A stretch of 64,000 nt of DNA from Eledone cirrhosa (GCA_964016885.1 OZ024741.1:353338001-353402000), one strand, 5' to 3'; shown: positions 44,360 through 58,439, counted from the first letter of the stretch. The notes: generated by a model from the sequence alone, not told the origin. Numbers and translations are program-made.

Positions 44360-44570
44360 CAGCCACCAAACCGTCCTGACGGCCAGACAACCAACCAGCA
44401 GACTTAGCAGGCAAGCCAGTCAGTAGTGCAGGTATTCTGGCAGAAACATGCAGGTACAAACACATACAGGTGTGCAGGCATGAAGACATACATAAATCAA
44501 ACATTGAAGCGCTAGACTAAACTGGGTTCTATCTCATGATTTATCTTCGTAAAATTAGTCGTAGTGTGCG

Positions 44571-44652
44571 CAATTAGTTGTCGTGTGTAGCCCTCAGACA
44601 ACACATATGTGACCCATGTAGCCCTCGGGGGACCCTCAGCTTGACATGCCTG
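44571..44652 (-). mobile_element. End fragment of the hAT MITE family at 3369
   Basis: Reverse-complement match to about 3369-3450, including the TIR. Confidence 0.85.
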
Positions 44653-44880
44653 ATCTGGATCGATTCAACTAACTATTACCTTCCCACATAAGTATGACCC
44701 TGCGTCTAGCAACATAATCTCGAGATAAATGGTAGGATGATGTATAACATGCATAAGTAGTGAAAGAGTCACTCGCTGGGAAGAAAAGCTTAAAACCTCC
44801 CATCTGTAACAATAATGGAGCTAAAGGCGAGCGAGACACTGCCCCCTGGTGCAGATACAAACTATGCAGTGTCGAAATGC

Positions 44881-45146
44881 CTCAACAGATTAAGATCTGG
44901 TGTTGGTCGTGCGAAAGCCAATCTGGAAAAATAGATATTTAAAGGATGGGAACGTTGCGTGTGACTGCGGCATCGAACCACAGACTATGCAGCACCTCCT
45001 AATATGCCCCTTACTGGAGCACCCTTGCACAGCCTTGGACTTGGCAGAGTTTAATGAGAAAGGACAGCAATGTGTTCAGCTGTGGTAGAACCACATCTAG
45101 CCAAACTTTGTAGCCGACGCTCTTGTGAACACGATAAGAAGAAGAA
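44881..45146 (+). mobile_element. 5'-truncated Ingi/Vingi-like LINE 3' end with (AAG)n tail
   Basis: LNRLRSGVGRAKANL and zinc knuckle CDCGIEPQTMQHLLICP; ends in ATAAGAAGAAGAA. Confidence 0.7.
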
Positions 45147-45336
45147 CATACTCCAGTAGGATGTAGGAAGTGCACGTTACACTACATTCAGATTTCGAAT
45201 TCAGCCAAGGTCAATAAAATAAATATCAAGCATGTTTATGATTAATCTACTCACTAGTCCTTTCGAAAAACTACTGTTTCTGGGTAATATTATCTATTTC
45301 TGCCAGTGCTACCCAATGATACACGTGTATCAAACA

Positions 45337-45530
45337 CAGACCTGCCAACCACTAAAAATCCAAACGGGGAGTACCATGAAAAAAGTGCCTCAAAACGGGA
45401 AGAAATTGGGCAAAATGGGGAGATTTTACATAATGAAAGCTGTAGCCAGTTTCACAAGAGAAGACATCTCTCACCCACCCCAAAGTGGGTAGGAGATCTC
45501 CCTGTCGGACGGTGAGAGTTGACAGGTCTT
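45337..45530. mobile_element. MITE, SINE-free sister of 39993-40386
   Basis: Same TIRs and body. Confidence 0.85.
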
Positions 45531-46213
45531 TAGACATCGAAGTCTCGTTGGTTCAGTAAGACAACATGAGGAATATGACATGGGCTATTAGCCGAATTCA
45601 AACTCCTGAAGCCGTTTCGCTATGGTTCTGGGTAACACATTTAAATCTCCACGCTACAGTTCTCCTAGATGTCGAACGATTCTGGAAAAAAAACTCCGCT
45701 CGAACTGCTGAAGATCTGTCTAAGTAGTGGCATTTTCTATCACTCCCTTAAGGCTTTACGATCTTATAAACACTTGAACTGATGAAGGGCCTCTAATTTA
45801 AAAGCAACGAAGGAAATATATCTTGGTTACATTGAGAAAGTAGAATAAGTACATCCCACTCATTGATATTTTACATAATATTGAGTATTGTTAAAAATTA
45901 TTTATCACGTGATCAAATAAGCTCTATTCTCTCCATTGGAACCAAGAGGTGGAATGCGCATACGGTTCTGCACGCCGGATAGTGTTCTTCCACATTGTCC
46001 AGACACTTATTGTGATAGCGATATTGGTCGTCAAGTCGAGTTGAGATTCCCTTGTTTGAATGGTTTTATTAATTTTTATATTTTACTCATCTACCAAATC
46101 TTCCACGGTGAAAAAAAGAAGTGTTTTCGTGATCACAAGTACTTATCAATGGGAGATCAACGATCTTTGAATTTTCCACAGAAATTTGGTACACGTTCAT
46201 TATAACTATAGAG

Positions 46214-46380
46214 TAGTGCTTCCCAAATTGGGTTCCGCAAAGGAGTGTCTGGGTTCCGTGAAAAAAGGTAGAGGGGGTATATTTATATTACCACCATGTA
46301 ACAGTATTAGACTTTAGAGTTCCCTAAAAAGTTTCTGAACAAAAAAGGGTTCCGCGTTTGAAAACGTTTGTGAAACCCTG
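46214..46380. mobile_element. hAT-type MITE
   Basis: Imperfect TIRs TAGTGCTTCCCAAA / TTTGTGAAACCCTG; 8-bp TSD CTATAGAG / CTATAGGG. Confidence 0.75.
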
Positions 46381-46857
46381 CTATAGGGAACTGAGGCAAT
46401 ACAGGAAAAAATCTTCTACTTAGAAACATAGCGAAACACTTGTAGCAAATTTGAACCCACTTTCTAGAGGCTTATACCTTATTCACTCAGCTATTGCATG
46501 TTTACACTATTTCCAAATCAAATTAACTTCTACGTCAGGACGGAAGATGTAGTCATCATGCAATGATTCAGAGGAATATGTATATGAATGGTTTTACTAT
46601 CCATATCTGAATGTCTGTAGCAGGATTAACATTTAACATTGCAAGGCAAATATACTCCTCTATTGAATAAATTTCCTAATAAATAAGGCTAATGAGGGAG
46701 TCTCTATGTAGTTGCTCCCCTTGGTAAAAACAGCTGCCAAATGTCTCCCAAATGCCTACCTTACTTAAATGTGTAAGTATACATTACACAAGGTAGTTTT
46801 AAATATCATTTATATCTCTTATTACAAGTATATATAATACAGTATATAAAAACATAC

Positions 46858-46948
<91 letters not shown>

Positions 46949-46950
46949 AT

Positions 46951-46981
<31 letters not shown>

Positions 46982-47024
46982 TAGTTTTGCGAGGTTTTTG
47001 ATATGAAATCGTGTGTCGAAACAA

Positions 47025-47485
47025 ATATTGTTATACTTGGGGAGGGTCATATTTGTGTAATATTGCCAGAATTAATAACAGAACACACTCACTGTTTCGT
47101 TGGTTTTCGCTTTTCGCTTCTGTGTCCTTTATATCGGTTAATGGCAACATTGAGGACCGAATAAATTAAATTAACCGATATAAAAGACACAGAAGCGAAA
47201 AGCGAAAACCAACCAAACAGTGAGTGTGTTCTGTTATTAATTCTGGCAATATTACACAAGGGCGGTAAATTGGCAGTATCGGTAGAGGGTCGGACGCCAT
47301 GCTTTGACGTATAGAGTTACGGCCCTTGCCATTCTGAGTTTAAATCCCGCCAAGGTTAACTTTGCCTTTCATCCTTATGGGGTCGATAAAATAAAGTATC
47401 AGTAATCTACTGGGTAATTGCTGGCCTTGTGCCAAAAGTAGAAACAATATTACACAAATATGTCCCTCCCCAAGTATAACAATAT
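47025..47485. mobile_element. Fold-back cassette between TA tracts with a SINE-A (47260-47448) inserted in the right arm
   Basis: About 117-bp inverted arms; SINE TSD CAATATTACACAA at 47247-47259 and 47445-47457. Confidence 0.85.
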
Positions 47486-47899
47486 ATATATATATATATA
47501 TATAACAATATATATATATATGCATCTCTACATTGCAAAATAAATGTAGTCACCCAATAAAAACCAATGTTACATATGTACACATATCAATTACAGTATA
47601 GAAGAGTCATTTTAGTTATTAAATTTATTTCTTGATAACAAAATTTTCGTCGTACTGTTGGCGACCTGGTCAGTGACACGGTTCACTGCAACTCCATGCA
47701 GTGTGCATGTAAGGAGTGGGTTCAACGTTGTGTGAGTACGCGCACACGTGAATACGTAAATTCGCGCGGAGAAGGAAGTAGAGAGAGAAAGAGAGAGGGG
47801 GGTGGTTATCTTAATATCATGTAGGAAAACAGAAAGAAAATCAAGTATGAAACGACGTGAATTCAAAAGTGAGAGGTATGGAAAAAAGATAACAATTGA

Positions 47900-49078
47900 T
47901 TTCGTTCTTAGAAAGAGATTTATAAGGCGTGGATAATTGCTATAATATGACGTTACAATCTTCCGCACAAATATGAACTGTGTAAATGATCTGAATTGCT
48001 ATCTCCGAGAAGTTGAACCAGCTTGCCAATTTAAGTTGACTAGATAAGTGAGTGCTAACATACTTTATATGGTGAGCCAAAAACATGATTCCTCATTAGT
48101 TTAGCATAAATGTTCTCTTTTCCACTCATATTTAGCATTCTATTGACATCTGCTGGGCATGCCTTATACTGTGCATGCCTTCTTTTCTCTGTCTCGTATC
48201 ACTCTGTCTGGTCAGTTATTTTCGAATTTTATTGAGATTTTGAATTGAACATTCCACTTTTTAAAATTATGTATATGTCTTCCACATCATTGTAATATTT
48301 TATGTTTATTCCCAGGACTATATTTTTACGGATTGCATTGTACAGCGTTTTTGCCGCCACATCATGCCTCACAGGTAGATAGTAGCGTGATGTCATCTTT
48401 GGACAGTAGCTTCTGATGCAGTAGCCATCCTTGATGTTTATTCCACAAAGTCTGCATCTGTTGTCACACCTATGTATTTTGCCTGCATCTCTATATCATT
48501 TGTGAATCAGATATTTTGTAAATATTTCCTTTTCTTGGATTGCAAAAGCAGATCCTTCAAAGTGAGAGTTTATATACCGATTGTTGGTCCAGCATAGACT
48601 TCTTTGTTTATCTATATTACTCTCACTTGGAGCTGACTGGCAACATAGCCAGGCATGATTTTTTGCTATTAAGCCTGTAACTTTTCATCCATGGATTAAT
48701 TGCGGTATTGCTGTGCGATTTCCCTGTGTATGAGGTTTTAGTTATTTATTATGCGGGGAGTATTTCTCAAGGAACTCCTTCCCAATTCTTTGATATTATC
48801 TGCCTCGTGTTGACAGCCTTACTCTATAAATGGGCTTCTACGCTTGGTGTTTTGTAGATGTTGTCAGAGGAATATGATGCGATACAGAAATGCTATTTGG
48901 ATTGATGTGAAGCCTTTGCTTCCCTGTTTACGTGTCAGGTAGAGGCGGTCTATGTCACTGTACATGTGGAAATTTCCGGTTCCGGTTAGAACCTTTCTGG
49001 TTTTATCATCAATATCTCGGATCTCATCTAGCGTACAGTGAAGTAGTCCAAATGTTGGTGTCAGCACAGGCGCAGAAA
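47900..49078 (-). mobile_element. R4/Dong-clade LINE 3' part (decayed)
   Basis: PVLTPTFGLL..EIRDIDDKTRK..DIDRLYLTRKQG, FEGSAFAIQE, CRLC and RHDVAAKTLY. Confidence 0.8.
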
Positions 49079-49401
49079 ATATGTATGTATGTAAACATGT
49101 ATGTATGTATGTATGTATGTATGTATGTATGTATGTATGTATGTATGTATGTATGTATGTATGTATGTATGTATGTATGCATGTATGTATTATGTATGCA
49201 TGTATGCATGTATGTATTATGTATATGAGTGTGTATGTAAAATACTTCTGCATGAAAAATACTAATCAGTGTATCTGTCATGCGTATGTAATTACAATTC
49301 AACGTTTTCTAGTATTAGACATTTTGTTGAAAAGTTAATTTACTAATGCCTACTGCTCGCGTAGCGTATTTAACTACACACAAATCTATTGATTATATAT
49401 T

Positions 49402-49455
49402 AGTTAATCCAAATTTCATGCCTATATTAGTGGTTAACTAGTTATTCATCAGACT
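49402..49455 (-). ncRNA. Hammerhead-like motif in the PLE 3' region
   Basis: AGT-CTGATGA-ATAACTA..TAGGCAT-GAAA-TTTGGAT-TA-ACT; same strand as, and downstream of, the PLE ORF remnant. Confidence 0.55.
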
Positions 49456-49744
49456 TAACTTTATTACACAATGTGAAGTTTTCACGTTCGCATAATAAAA
49501 ATGACTTATAAAACAACTTCCATTAGAGCATTATAGGAAAATACTGTTACATACACACCATCAAATATTTAATAGACAAAATGAGATTTTCCTTTCAACA
49601 TTACAGTAAATGAAAATAATTATTTGTCAAAACGTCTGCGTTTGCAAAACTTTTTTACGTAGTAGTAGTAGAAGTGTGAAGCATTTTTCTGCTTTCCAAA
49701 AAACTACATCTCATATTTTCGTTCGCATTTAGGAAAAAATCTTT

Positions 49745-50040
49745 TATAATAATAATAATAATGAAATTATTGTGTACAGTGCTCAGGTGCACTACAACTC
49801 ATCAAAGGTGCATGTATAGTACATAGAATAATGTACAAATGTCAGGAAAATAAACAGTGTATGAGTCATGATATAATAACAATAACAATAATGAAATATT
49901 GTGTACAGTGCCCAGGTGCACCACAACCCATCAAAAAAGTGCATGTACAGTACATAGGGCAATGCACAAACATCAGTAAAATGAACAGTGCACACATGTG
50001 TGCATGTGTATGGAAGGGGCACATCAGGTGTAGTTTTGGC
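49745..50040 (-). mobile_element. Retroposon 3' tail with (TTA)n end, partly duplicated, inserted in the PLE
   Basis: AATAATGAAAT..TTGTGTACAGTGC.CAGGTGCAC occurs twice (about 49757 and 49887). Confidence 0.5.
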
Positions 50041-51051
50041 GTATTTCGGGAAGCAAATGATCTTCCAGTTATAACTAGAGGCGTTCTCTTGAAATTACCA
50101 AATATATTCAATATTTTCATCACGTTTCTCTATTTGGTGTGTTTTTTTCAAAATGCCCTATGGTTGGCATATCTCAGTTTGAACTCCCCTTTGAGTTTTT
50201 ATTTGTGAACTACATCAAAGTTTCGTTTCGTAGAAATAACCTTCGCTTCTTTTAGGATTGCTTCTGCACATATTGCTTCTGTACATATTGCTTCTGTACA
50301 TATTGCTAGTATCTACATGTATAGATAGACCGTTTTCTTGGAGTATATGAGATATAATATTGATCATATTAGTAACTGTAACTTAATTTGATATTGTGTA
50401 TTTGAAATATTGTTCTATATTTATGTTTAATTGAAAAAGGTTTAATTGGCATTATCAGACACAGGGATTTAGTAAAAATACGGTTGTAAACCAGAGAATG
50501 TTTCAGTATCTTATTTTACTTTGATTGTCGAAGTGTGGATGGTATAAGTAAACTTTATCTTTGAATCCGTTGAATTCTAACGCTATATTATAATAAAAGT
50601 TTCCATAAGGAAAAATTAAAAATCCTTCAGTTGATGTTATTGATAACGTTTTTTAAACTATGCTCGATTTTTAAAATAAGTCAACAGTAGTTCAGTTTTA
50701 GTACCTGTTATTTTTAGAGGTAAACTAAGTACTGTATGTGTACATAAGGCATTTCTTTAATGTGTCTAATTTCTGTGACCGTTGACGTATTTGCTTATAG
50801 CTCTCTATATATCAAACTCTATTCAATAAATGTTATTCTTAGCGGTTCTAGGTTACATAATCCTACAAGGTCACATATCTCTGTGCTTTCGTACATGAAA
50901 ATAACCAGCTAAATTCGATTTTATGTTGCAGGAAAAATATTTGTCAGAGACTAGAGTTTTATTAGGGTGAGCGATATTCTCTATTTTGCTATTTAGTATA
51001 GTTTTATAAATTTTCAAGAATTCTAAAACAATAAAGAGTAGACATGGTGTT

Positions 51052-51099
<48 letters not shown>

Positions 51100-51215
51100 G
51101 AAAGAGAACGAGAGAGAGAGAGAGAGAGGAGAGAGATGATTCGACATTTGTTTTTAGTGCTAGGTTTTTGTTCACATAATAACATTACATGCAATACATA
51201 CATACATACATACAT

Positions 51216-51254
<39 letters not shown>

Positions 51255-51261
51255 TAGGAGA

Positions 51262-52185
51262 GAGATAACATCATGAGTGTTGGGAAGGAGCTCCTTGAAA
51301 AATACTCATTGCATGATAACCAAAAATTCACACACAGGAAAATTGAACAACAATACCGCAATGAATCCATAGATGAAAAGTTGCATGCTTACCAGCAAAA
51401 CATTATGCCTGGCTATGTTGCCAGGTAGCTTCAAGTGAGAGTAATATAGATAAACAAATTGTTTACAATCGTTATATAGACTCTCACTTTGAAGGGTATG
51501 CTTTTGCAATCCAAATAACGGAAATATCTACAAAATACCTCATTCACAAAAGAGATAGAGATGCAGGCAAAACACATAGGTGAGACAACAGATGCAGACT
51601 TTGTGGAATAACATCTAAGATGTCATCCATATCATAAACATTTGTCCAAAAATGTCATCCCGGTACTATCTGCCAATGAGGCGTGATGTAGTGGCCAAAA
51701 CGCTATACAATGCAATCCGTAGAAAGGATGGCTCCGACATTAAAAATAACAAGTTACAGCAAAGTGGGTGACATATACATGTATAGTATGAAAGTGTACA
51801 GATGGAATGTTCCATTCAAAACCTCAATAAAATGCAAACACAACAAACCAGACATAGTGATATGAGACAGAGAAAAGAATGCGTGCACAGTAGTGGAAGT
51901 CAGCTGTCCAACAGATGTCAACATAATGGTAAAGATCAGGCAAAAAGAGAACATTTATGCTGAACTAATGAGGAATCTGAAGATACTCCAGCCTGGCTAT
52001 ACCTTTAGATTTATACCTGTGATCACTGGGGCTCTTGGATACGTTACTAACTGCCTCAGTAGAAATCTTGAGAAACTGGACTTCATTGAACTATAAAATC
52101 ATCGCTAGATAGGAAGTTGCAATACAGTCCATTATTGGAACTATAAAATTATGTAAAACCTCTCAGATATTCTGCATGAAATAAC
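51262..52185 (+). mobile_element. R4/Dong-clade LINE 3' part, same family as 47900-49078
   Basis: FEGYAFAI, YYLPMRRDVVAKTLY, HNKPDIV, VEVSCPTDVN and FIPVITGALG (restriction-like endonuclease region). Confidence 0.85.
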
Positions 52186-52276
52186 TGCGTATACACATGT
52201 ATAGAGACAGCAATATATACACGTGTACACATATAACACGAAATATGCAGATCCAGACATACAATAACACCATACC

Positions 52277-52382
<106 letters not shown>

Positions 52383-52546
52383 CATATATACGTCTTTACC
52401 TAGTTGATGTCAAAATGTAAATGAAACAGTTTTGTGTCGATGTTAGAAACCGACTCTCTCTTTCATTGGTGAAAATTTATAAAATAATAAAACCAGAATA
52501 ATATACATACATACATACATACATACATACATACATACATACATAC

Positions 52547-54720
52547 AGCTTGTTTGTTAAATTCATCATGTTTTCCATACAGATCTTCACTAGCTTTCCG
52601 TCCGATTTTTGTTGGGGTGTCTTTTACAGCGAATGAACCTCTCATATTGAACTGCCCCAAATGGCCAAACAACTCTTGTTAGAAATTACCGCCCAATAGC
52701 CTGCCAGAACATCACGTAAAAAGTATATACAGGATGCCCCAATTTGTTCTTGTATGATCATTGTGCCACCAAAAACACCATAACACTTTAGCTGGAGCAA
52801 AGGAGATGTGAGAATGTACAGAGTAGCTCCAAATCAAGAATTGCAGGAACTTGAATGTAGTGTGGCTGGACTACCAGGTTTTGGATAGTATACCACTGGG
52901 TGGATTATCAAGATTTTCAAAATTAGCCAAGGTCATACAACCACTAATAGCTGCTAAGGAACGCTTAACCAATACATGGTGCACCATTTTGCCTCTTTGG
53001 GGTAATAAGGAGCAAATTGAGCCTGATAGCATTCATCACCATAAAGGCATCTTTCAAGGTGATAGCTTGTTAGTGCTGTTCTTCGTCCTCTCAGTAAAGC
53101 CACTATAATACCAGATGGCAATACATAGTTGTCTTAGAAATGAATCCAGAAGTATCTACCATATTTCCTTTGTCGATGATTTGAAACCGTACACGCCGCA
53201 TAAAAAAGACAATTAGACCTCATTACCCAATTTTATACAGATATTGCAAGGAGATTTGGTGAGTCCAAATGCGCATTTCTGACAATAAAACCTGGAAAGG
53301 TTGCGCCCTCCTCTGAAAACATAAAAATGAATGACTTGATGATATAATCTTTACAGCCAGGTGATAATTATAGGTTTCTTGAACAGTATGGGAATGCCAC
53401 ATATGATAGACCCATAAATAAAGAGAGAACCAGGAATGAATTCTTTAGGAGAGTAAAGAGAATATGACCGTAAAACCTCTCAGCGTACAGCAAGCACATT
53501 GTTCATAATACTTTGATGTGCCCATCCTAACACCAACATTTGGACTGCAAGACCTGAGCGAGATGGATGTAATGACTCGCAAGCTTCTCAGCTGATATGG
53601 ACAGGCTATATTTCTCATTCCATACCGGGCCTAAAATTCATATTAACATCTTATCAGACTCAGATGATAACATTGACGCAACATCTTTGTCAGAACAGAA
53701 GAAAAATGTCAGCAGCCATCTCACCTAGGTTTACCAGCATGAATATAATAATATTGTTAGGATAGCCACTGATCTAGAAAAGAGAAATGAAATAAAACCT
53801 GATACAAATCTCTCTTCCAAGAATATTGGAAGACTATTCAATGCTTGAACAAAATAAAAACAATGGACCAATTCACTGAGAATGTTGTATGGGCGTGTTT
53901 GAGACGAAAATCAAAGACCATAGATGGGAGAAACCATACTAAAAGCCTGGCATGGAGTTCCGACAAGTTCATAACATCACAACTTGAAGGATAAGTCCAT
54001 GCAATCCAGAAACAAGAAATGCCCACCAAGTACCTACTGCACAAAAGAGGGAGATCATCGGTTGACAATAAATGAAGTACGTGCAAAATACAGATTGACG
54101 ATGTTAGCCACATTATTGCTAACTGTGAAAGAACATCTTATCGTTACTATCTCACCATGAGGCATGATATGACAGATAGAACGATTCGGAATGCATAACG
54201 GAAGATGAAAATAAAATCAAATAGGCAGGAATATGTTGTGATTGGTGGCTCAAAGGAATACTTATGGAACCTAAAAATAAAAACAACCACCAAATTAAAG
54301 TACAACCGGCCTGTTTGGGACCACAAATTAAAAATATTCTCTGTTGTAGAAGCCAGCTGGCTACTTGATGTCAATGAGGTAAGAAAAGGGCAAGTGAAGG
54401 AAGATATCTACGGACCATAGATGAGGGGTTTGCAGATCCAGAATCCAAGATACATGTTCAGCTTCATACCTGTTATTATTGAAGCTACAGGTTATATACC
54501 AATCTGCCGGGACCAAAGTATAACTGAACTTGCATTTGTGGAAAAAGAAGGTAACCCTTAATTCATAAGCTACAGATGGCCATGATATCTGGAATTTTCA
54601 AAATGTGTTAAACATTCTTACGATTCAAAGGATGAACCCTTACACAAGAGACGGCGACAATTTCCCTTTCTTTACAAAAGTAAACTAAAAAAATAAACTC
54701 AAAATCAAGAGAAAGAGAGA
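52547..54720 (+). mobile_element. R4/Dong-clade LINE (RT plus restriction-like endonuclease), decayed
   Basis: GIFQGDSL, FVDDLK, PILTPTFG, AIQKQE, YYLTMRHD, KYNRP and FIPVII; CATA repeats on both sides. Confidence 0.85.
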
Positions 54721-55264
54721 ACATACATACATAATAATACATACATACATGTAAACAAAGCGGTTGATTTAGAAGCGTTGGTAAAATTTGAAATTTAAAA
54801 TGTGTGCGCCCCAATACAAATGAATATAATAATAAGCGATCACTACAAATAATAGCAGAGTCGTGTAATACCCTTAGTGGTGGACAAAAGTAGACAATGG
54901 CGTCTGGGAGGAATCTCTGGGATGCCGAGCGAATGTGTTTATTATTACTTTAAAGAGTCTTTGGAAGGTGTTAAGCCTGTAGCTAGAAGTGTAAATAATG
55001 TGGTTCACTTAAGAACTAGGAAAATTTAAACTTTGAAAGATCGTGCGTCCCAAAGCAAATGACCGCAATTATAATCAATTAGTATAAATGATATCTGAGA
55101 AAATCGAATAAAGTTGAGTATATTATCCAATGAAGTCATCAGTCATCCATCCTCTGCATACATGACTCAACAAGCAAATGTATATTAAGTCAAATATACA
55201 AACATGCATACTTTCGTTTGACAGGAAAATATATTTTATCAGTCATCCAATATTACTGGTAATT

Positions 55265-55700
55265 AGGGTGGTGGAGTGGAAAAATTGGTAGAGCATCAGA
55301 TAAAATGCACTTGAGACATTTATTGTGGTTCTTTATATTCTGCATTCAAATCACGCCGAGGTCAACTTTATAATTCACTTTCCGAGGTAGATTAACCCTT
55401 CAGCATTTAGATTGCTCTATATATACTATTATATTTTCACGGTAAAGGCTTTACCTCGCATAATTATCTCACATAATATAGAATCTATGAGATTTTGATA
55501 TTATTTATTTTGAGAACAATACCTTAACATCAGTATAAGTGGCCAGTTACAACCAGTGTTAACAGAGGTGAGAGAATTCTGACCGGATACGGCCGGTTTA
55601 AATGCTAAAGTAGCAGTCAAGTCCTGGGGTTGATTTAATGAATTTTTCCCTACGCTACAGATTTTCTGGCATTGTACCTCAGTTAGAAATCAATATTATT
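55265..55700 (+). mobile_element. Old SINE-A interrupted by a piggyBac-like MITE (55392-55610)
   Basis: TTAA-CCCTTCAGCATTTA..TAAATGCTAAAG inserted in the SINE body; right TIR tip missing. Confidence 0.6.
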
Positions 55701-56040
55701 GATAAATTTTTTATCTGTACCAGAGAGATGAAAGATAAAATGGTCACCAGTGTAGTCTGAACATGGAACCTATCTTTAGGCCAATAGTTATACAAAGTTT
55801 ACCGTTGTATTCTCGTAATCATTCTTGTCTTATTTCAACAACTGTCAGTCGTCAGTTTGCTCTCCTTAGGTTCTCTTCATTTGTAATCCGATATCGGCAT
55901 GTGACTTTGATAATTCTGAGACACAATTGATGCACATATGCATACACATACACACATAAACACCGCACATATACATATATATATACTGTATATATGTGTG
56001 TGTACGTATGTGCATATATATTTATACATACATACACACA

Positions 56041-56099
<59 letters not shown>

Positions 56100-56577
56100 T
56101 ATGCGCTTGTGTGTGTATAGGTTTGTATCGAATAGTTCTTATATCATTATATTAGCTATGAGCATATACATGCACATATGCATACAGATATTTTAACATT
56201 AATTTCTCTGTTCTTTCATGTTTGTGCAGTGATGTATATGCACATATATGTGTACATACATCACTGCACAAATATGTTTATTAGTGTATGCATAAATATA
56301 TGAATATATTGTTTATGATCATGTATATGTCACAACCAGTTTACTGTGTAGGAATGTTTACACGCATCCAAACACTCTATTTATACAAATATATATAGAG
56401 AGAAATCTAAGCAACGAAAATATCATGCAAATATCTGACAACAGTAGATAATCAGGTGTATGGGATCGGATGAAGACGCTCCGATGTTTATGCAGTTTGA
56501 CAATTATTGAGAAATTGTTGCACCTTAAATGCTGAACGTTTTTATAGAGAGAATGACGTAAACCGTTAGGTCGTAAG

Positions 56578-56768
56578 CAAGGCCAGATTAAATCGTTTTG
56601 AGACCTGACACTTAAAAGTTTATAATGTTTCCTTCATTTATAAAGAATGTAAAACAAAGAAAGAAATTACGGGGAATTACAAATACATTTAATTTGAATA
56701 AAATTGTGTCCCTCTTCCCTTCGGGCTCTAAGGATATGTTTATTTTACTTAATGGTTAATCCACCCTG
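56578..56768. mobile_element. Diverged MITE (CAGGGCCGGATTAA-type TIR)
   Basis: CAAGGCCAGATTAA / TTAATCCACCCTG; flanks GTCGTAAG / ATCGTACG; similar end at 57430. Confidence 0.55.
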
Positions 56769-57574
56769 ATCGTACGATTGTCATTTAGAGGCGACATCGA
56801 CATATAGTATATCGAGGTCGAGTCAATCTTGATATAATTTCTCTGTCTGAGATATATGTTTCCTCTAGGTTTTAAACACAGAACACAGCATCTTTTACGG
56901 TACCCGCAATGTTTTCAGCAGAGAATTGTACTTACTTTTCTGTTCTGAAATATATTGTTTGGTAAGTTCAGCTATCAGTGATCAAATGTCTCGGTCATGC
57001 TCACAACACATTTCCTGTGACTTGGATGTAAATCACAATCGTTTAGTTGCTTCTTAGTTCTTTCATCTAAGACACACACTCATCTTAGTTGATGTAGTAC
57101 AGTCATATCACGTCGTTGTGGCTTGGTCGTGAATGTTGCATAGATACTTAACTCTGAAAGGATTTAGTCCATCTAGTTGTACCTAGTCACTGCTGATTTT
57201 CCTTCGTACACAGAATGAAAGTAAAGGTGAAGTCTTCAACGGTGTTCCTTCAGATTGGGTGAAAGAAATGTCGAAGAGATAGGGTAAATAGAGGAGGGAG
57301 ATAGCGAGAAAGAGTGTTACCCACCATCTTGGGAGCAACTGATACTGAGCAAATGATTAGTGTAACTGAACATATTAGTGACAGCCGTCCGACTTCACAG
57401 CCTCTGTCTAGTAGATGGCATGTTACGGACAGGGCCGGATTAACAATTAAACAAAATAACCACGTTCTTAGAACCCAAAGTAAAGGGAGCACCGAGGCGA
57501 TATTTTTTCCAATGTGAGATTTGTTATAGGACAAAAAGCAAACTGTAACATATTTTAATGAATAAATTGAGCTG

Positions 57575-57775
57575 AGAGGGGGCATTTGGATTGACATTAT
57601 CGGTGAAGCATCAGACACCGTGCTTTGCAGCATATAGTTATGGCCCTTTACGTTCTGAGTTCAAATCCAGCCGAGATTAACTTTGTCTTTCATCCTTACG
57701 GGGTCGATAAAATATAGCACCAGTAATGCACTGGGATAATTGCTGGCCTTTGTTGCCAAAGTAGAAACAATTATT
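57575..57775 (+). mobile_element. SINE-A
   Basis: B-box GAGTTCAAATCC, body and tail motifs. Confidence 0.85.
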
Positions 57776-57849
57776 TCTTGTTGCTTATTGGTAATTACTG
57801 ATAGATAAAATTAGAAAAAACAAACTCTATATTTAATGTGTATGTGTAT

Positions 57850-58145
57850 GTTGGACCTCCGTCATTTCCGATTTAATCAACGGAACATCTCCTCGTCAAA
57901 TTAATATTTAAGTGTTTGAGCATTCCAAAGACACGTGTATCAGCAATGTAGTTCTCATGGTGATTCAGCGTGATAGAGTGTTGGACAAGGGTGGCATTTT
58001 GAATTACAGGTACAACTCATTTTTGCCAGCTGAGTGTATAGGAGCAACGTGAAATAAAGTGCCTAGCTCAAGGACACGCGCCGCTGACAATCAAGTTCTT
58101 ACGATCGTGACCCAGACACACTAACAACTAAACCACGCACCTCTA
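57850..58145 (-). mobile_element. SINE family B
   Basis: Shared motifs with 15225-15495. Confidence 0.75.
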
Positions 58146-58439
58146 CGCTAGATTTTATATAGTTTGAGGGTTTCGCCAAGACTCTAGGTCCTAGAGGATA
58201 GTGCGGCATAAAACTGCTTTCTTAAAATATTTTATTTCTTATTCAGCACGTATTATTTATTGTCAGTAAGACGCTAGAAGGTTAACAAAAAGCGCCGTTG
58301 TTATGCTGAGCTTAGAGCATTAGGTTGATTTACCCGACCCCAGTTATAGGGGATGCATTGTGCTATGTTATTGAATACCGTGTTCTGCTGTTCTTTGTTA
58401 ATATATACCATAGGTTAGACGTTGAACATCCCTAACACC

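Larger units (their letters stand above)
49300..50960 (-). mobile_element. Decayed Penelope-like element (RT C-terminus, GIY-YIG remnant, 3' HHR) interrupted at about 49745-50040
   Basis: Minus strand has ICDLVGL (cf. AEICDLVGL), LWFTT (cf. IWFNPP), EAKV..GEFKLRYANH..F and YNWKII (GIY-YIG-like). Confidence 0.7.

Noticed and set aside
45775-45830. Hammerhead candidate CTGATGA..GAAA
   Set aside because: No pairing for stem II or stem I; not TA-associated; likely chance
47260-47345. tRNA genes at A/B-box motifs
   Set aside because: They are heads of multi-copy SINEs with body, tail and TSDs; no convincing cloverleaf
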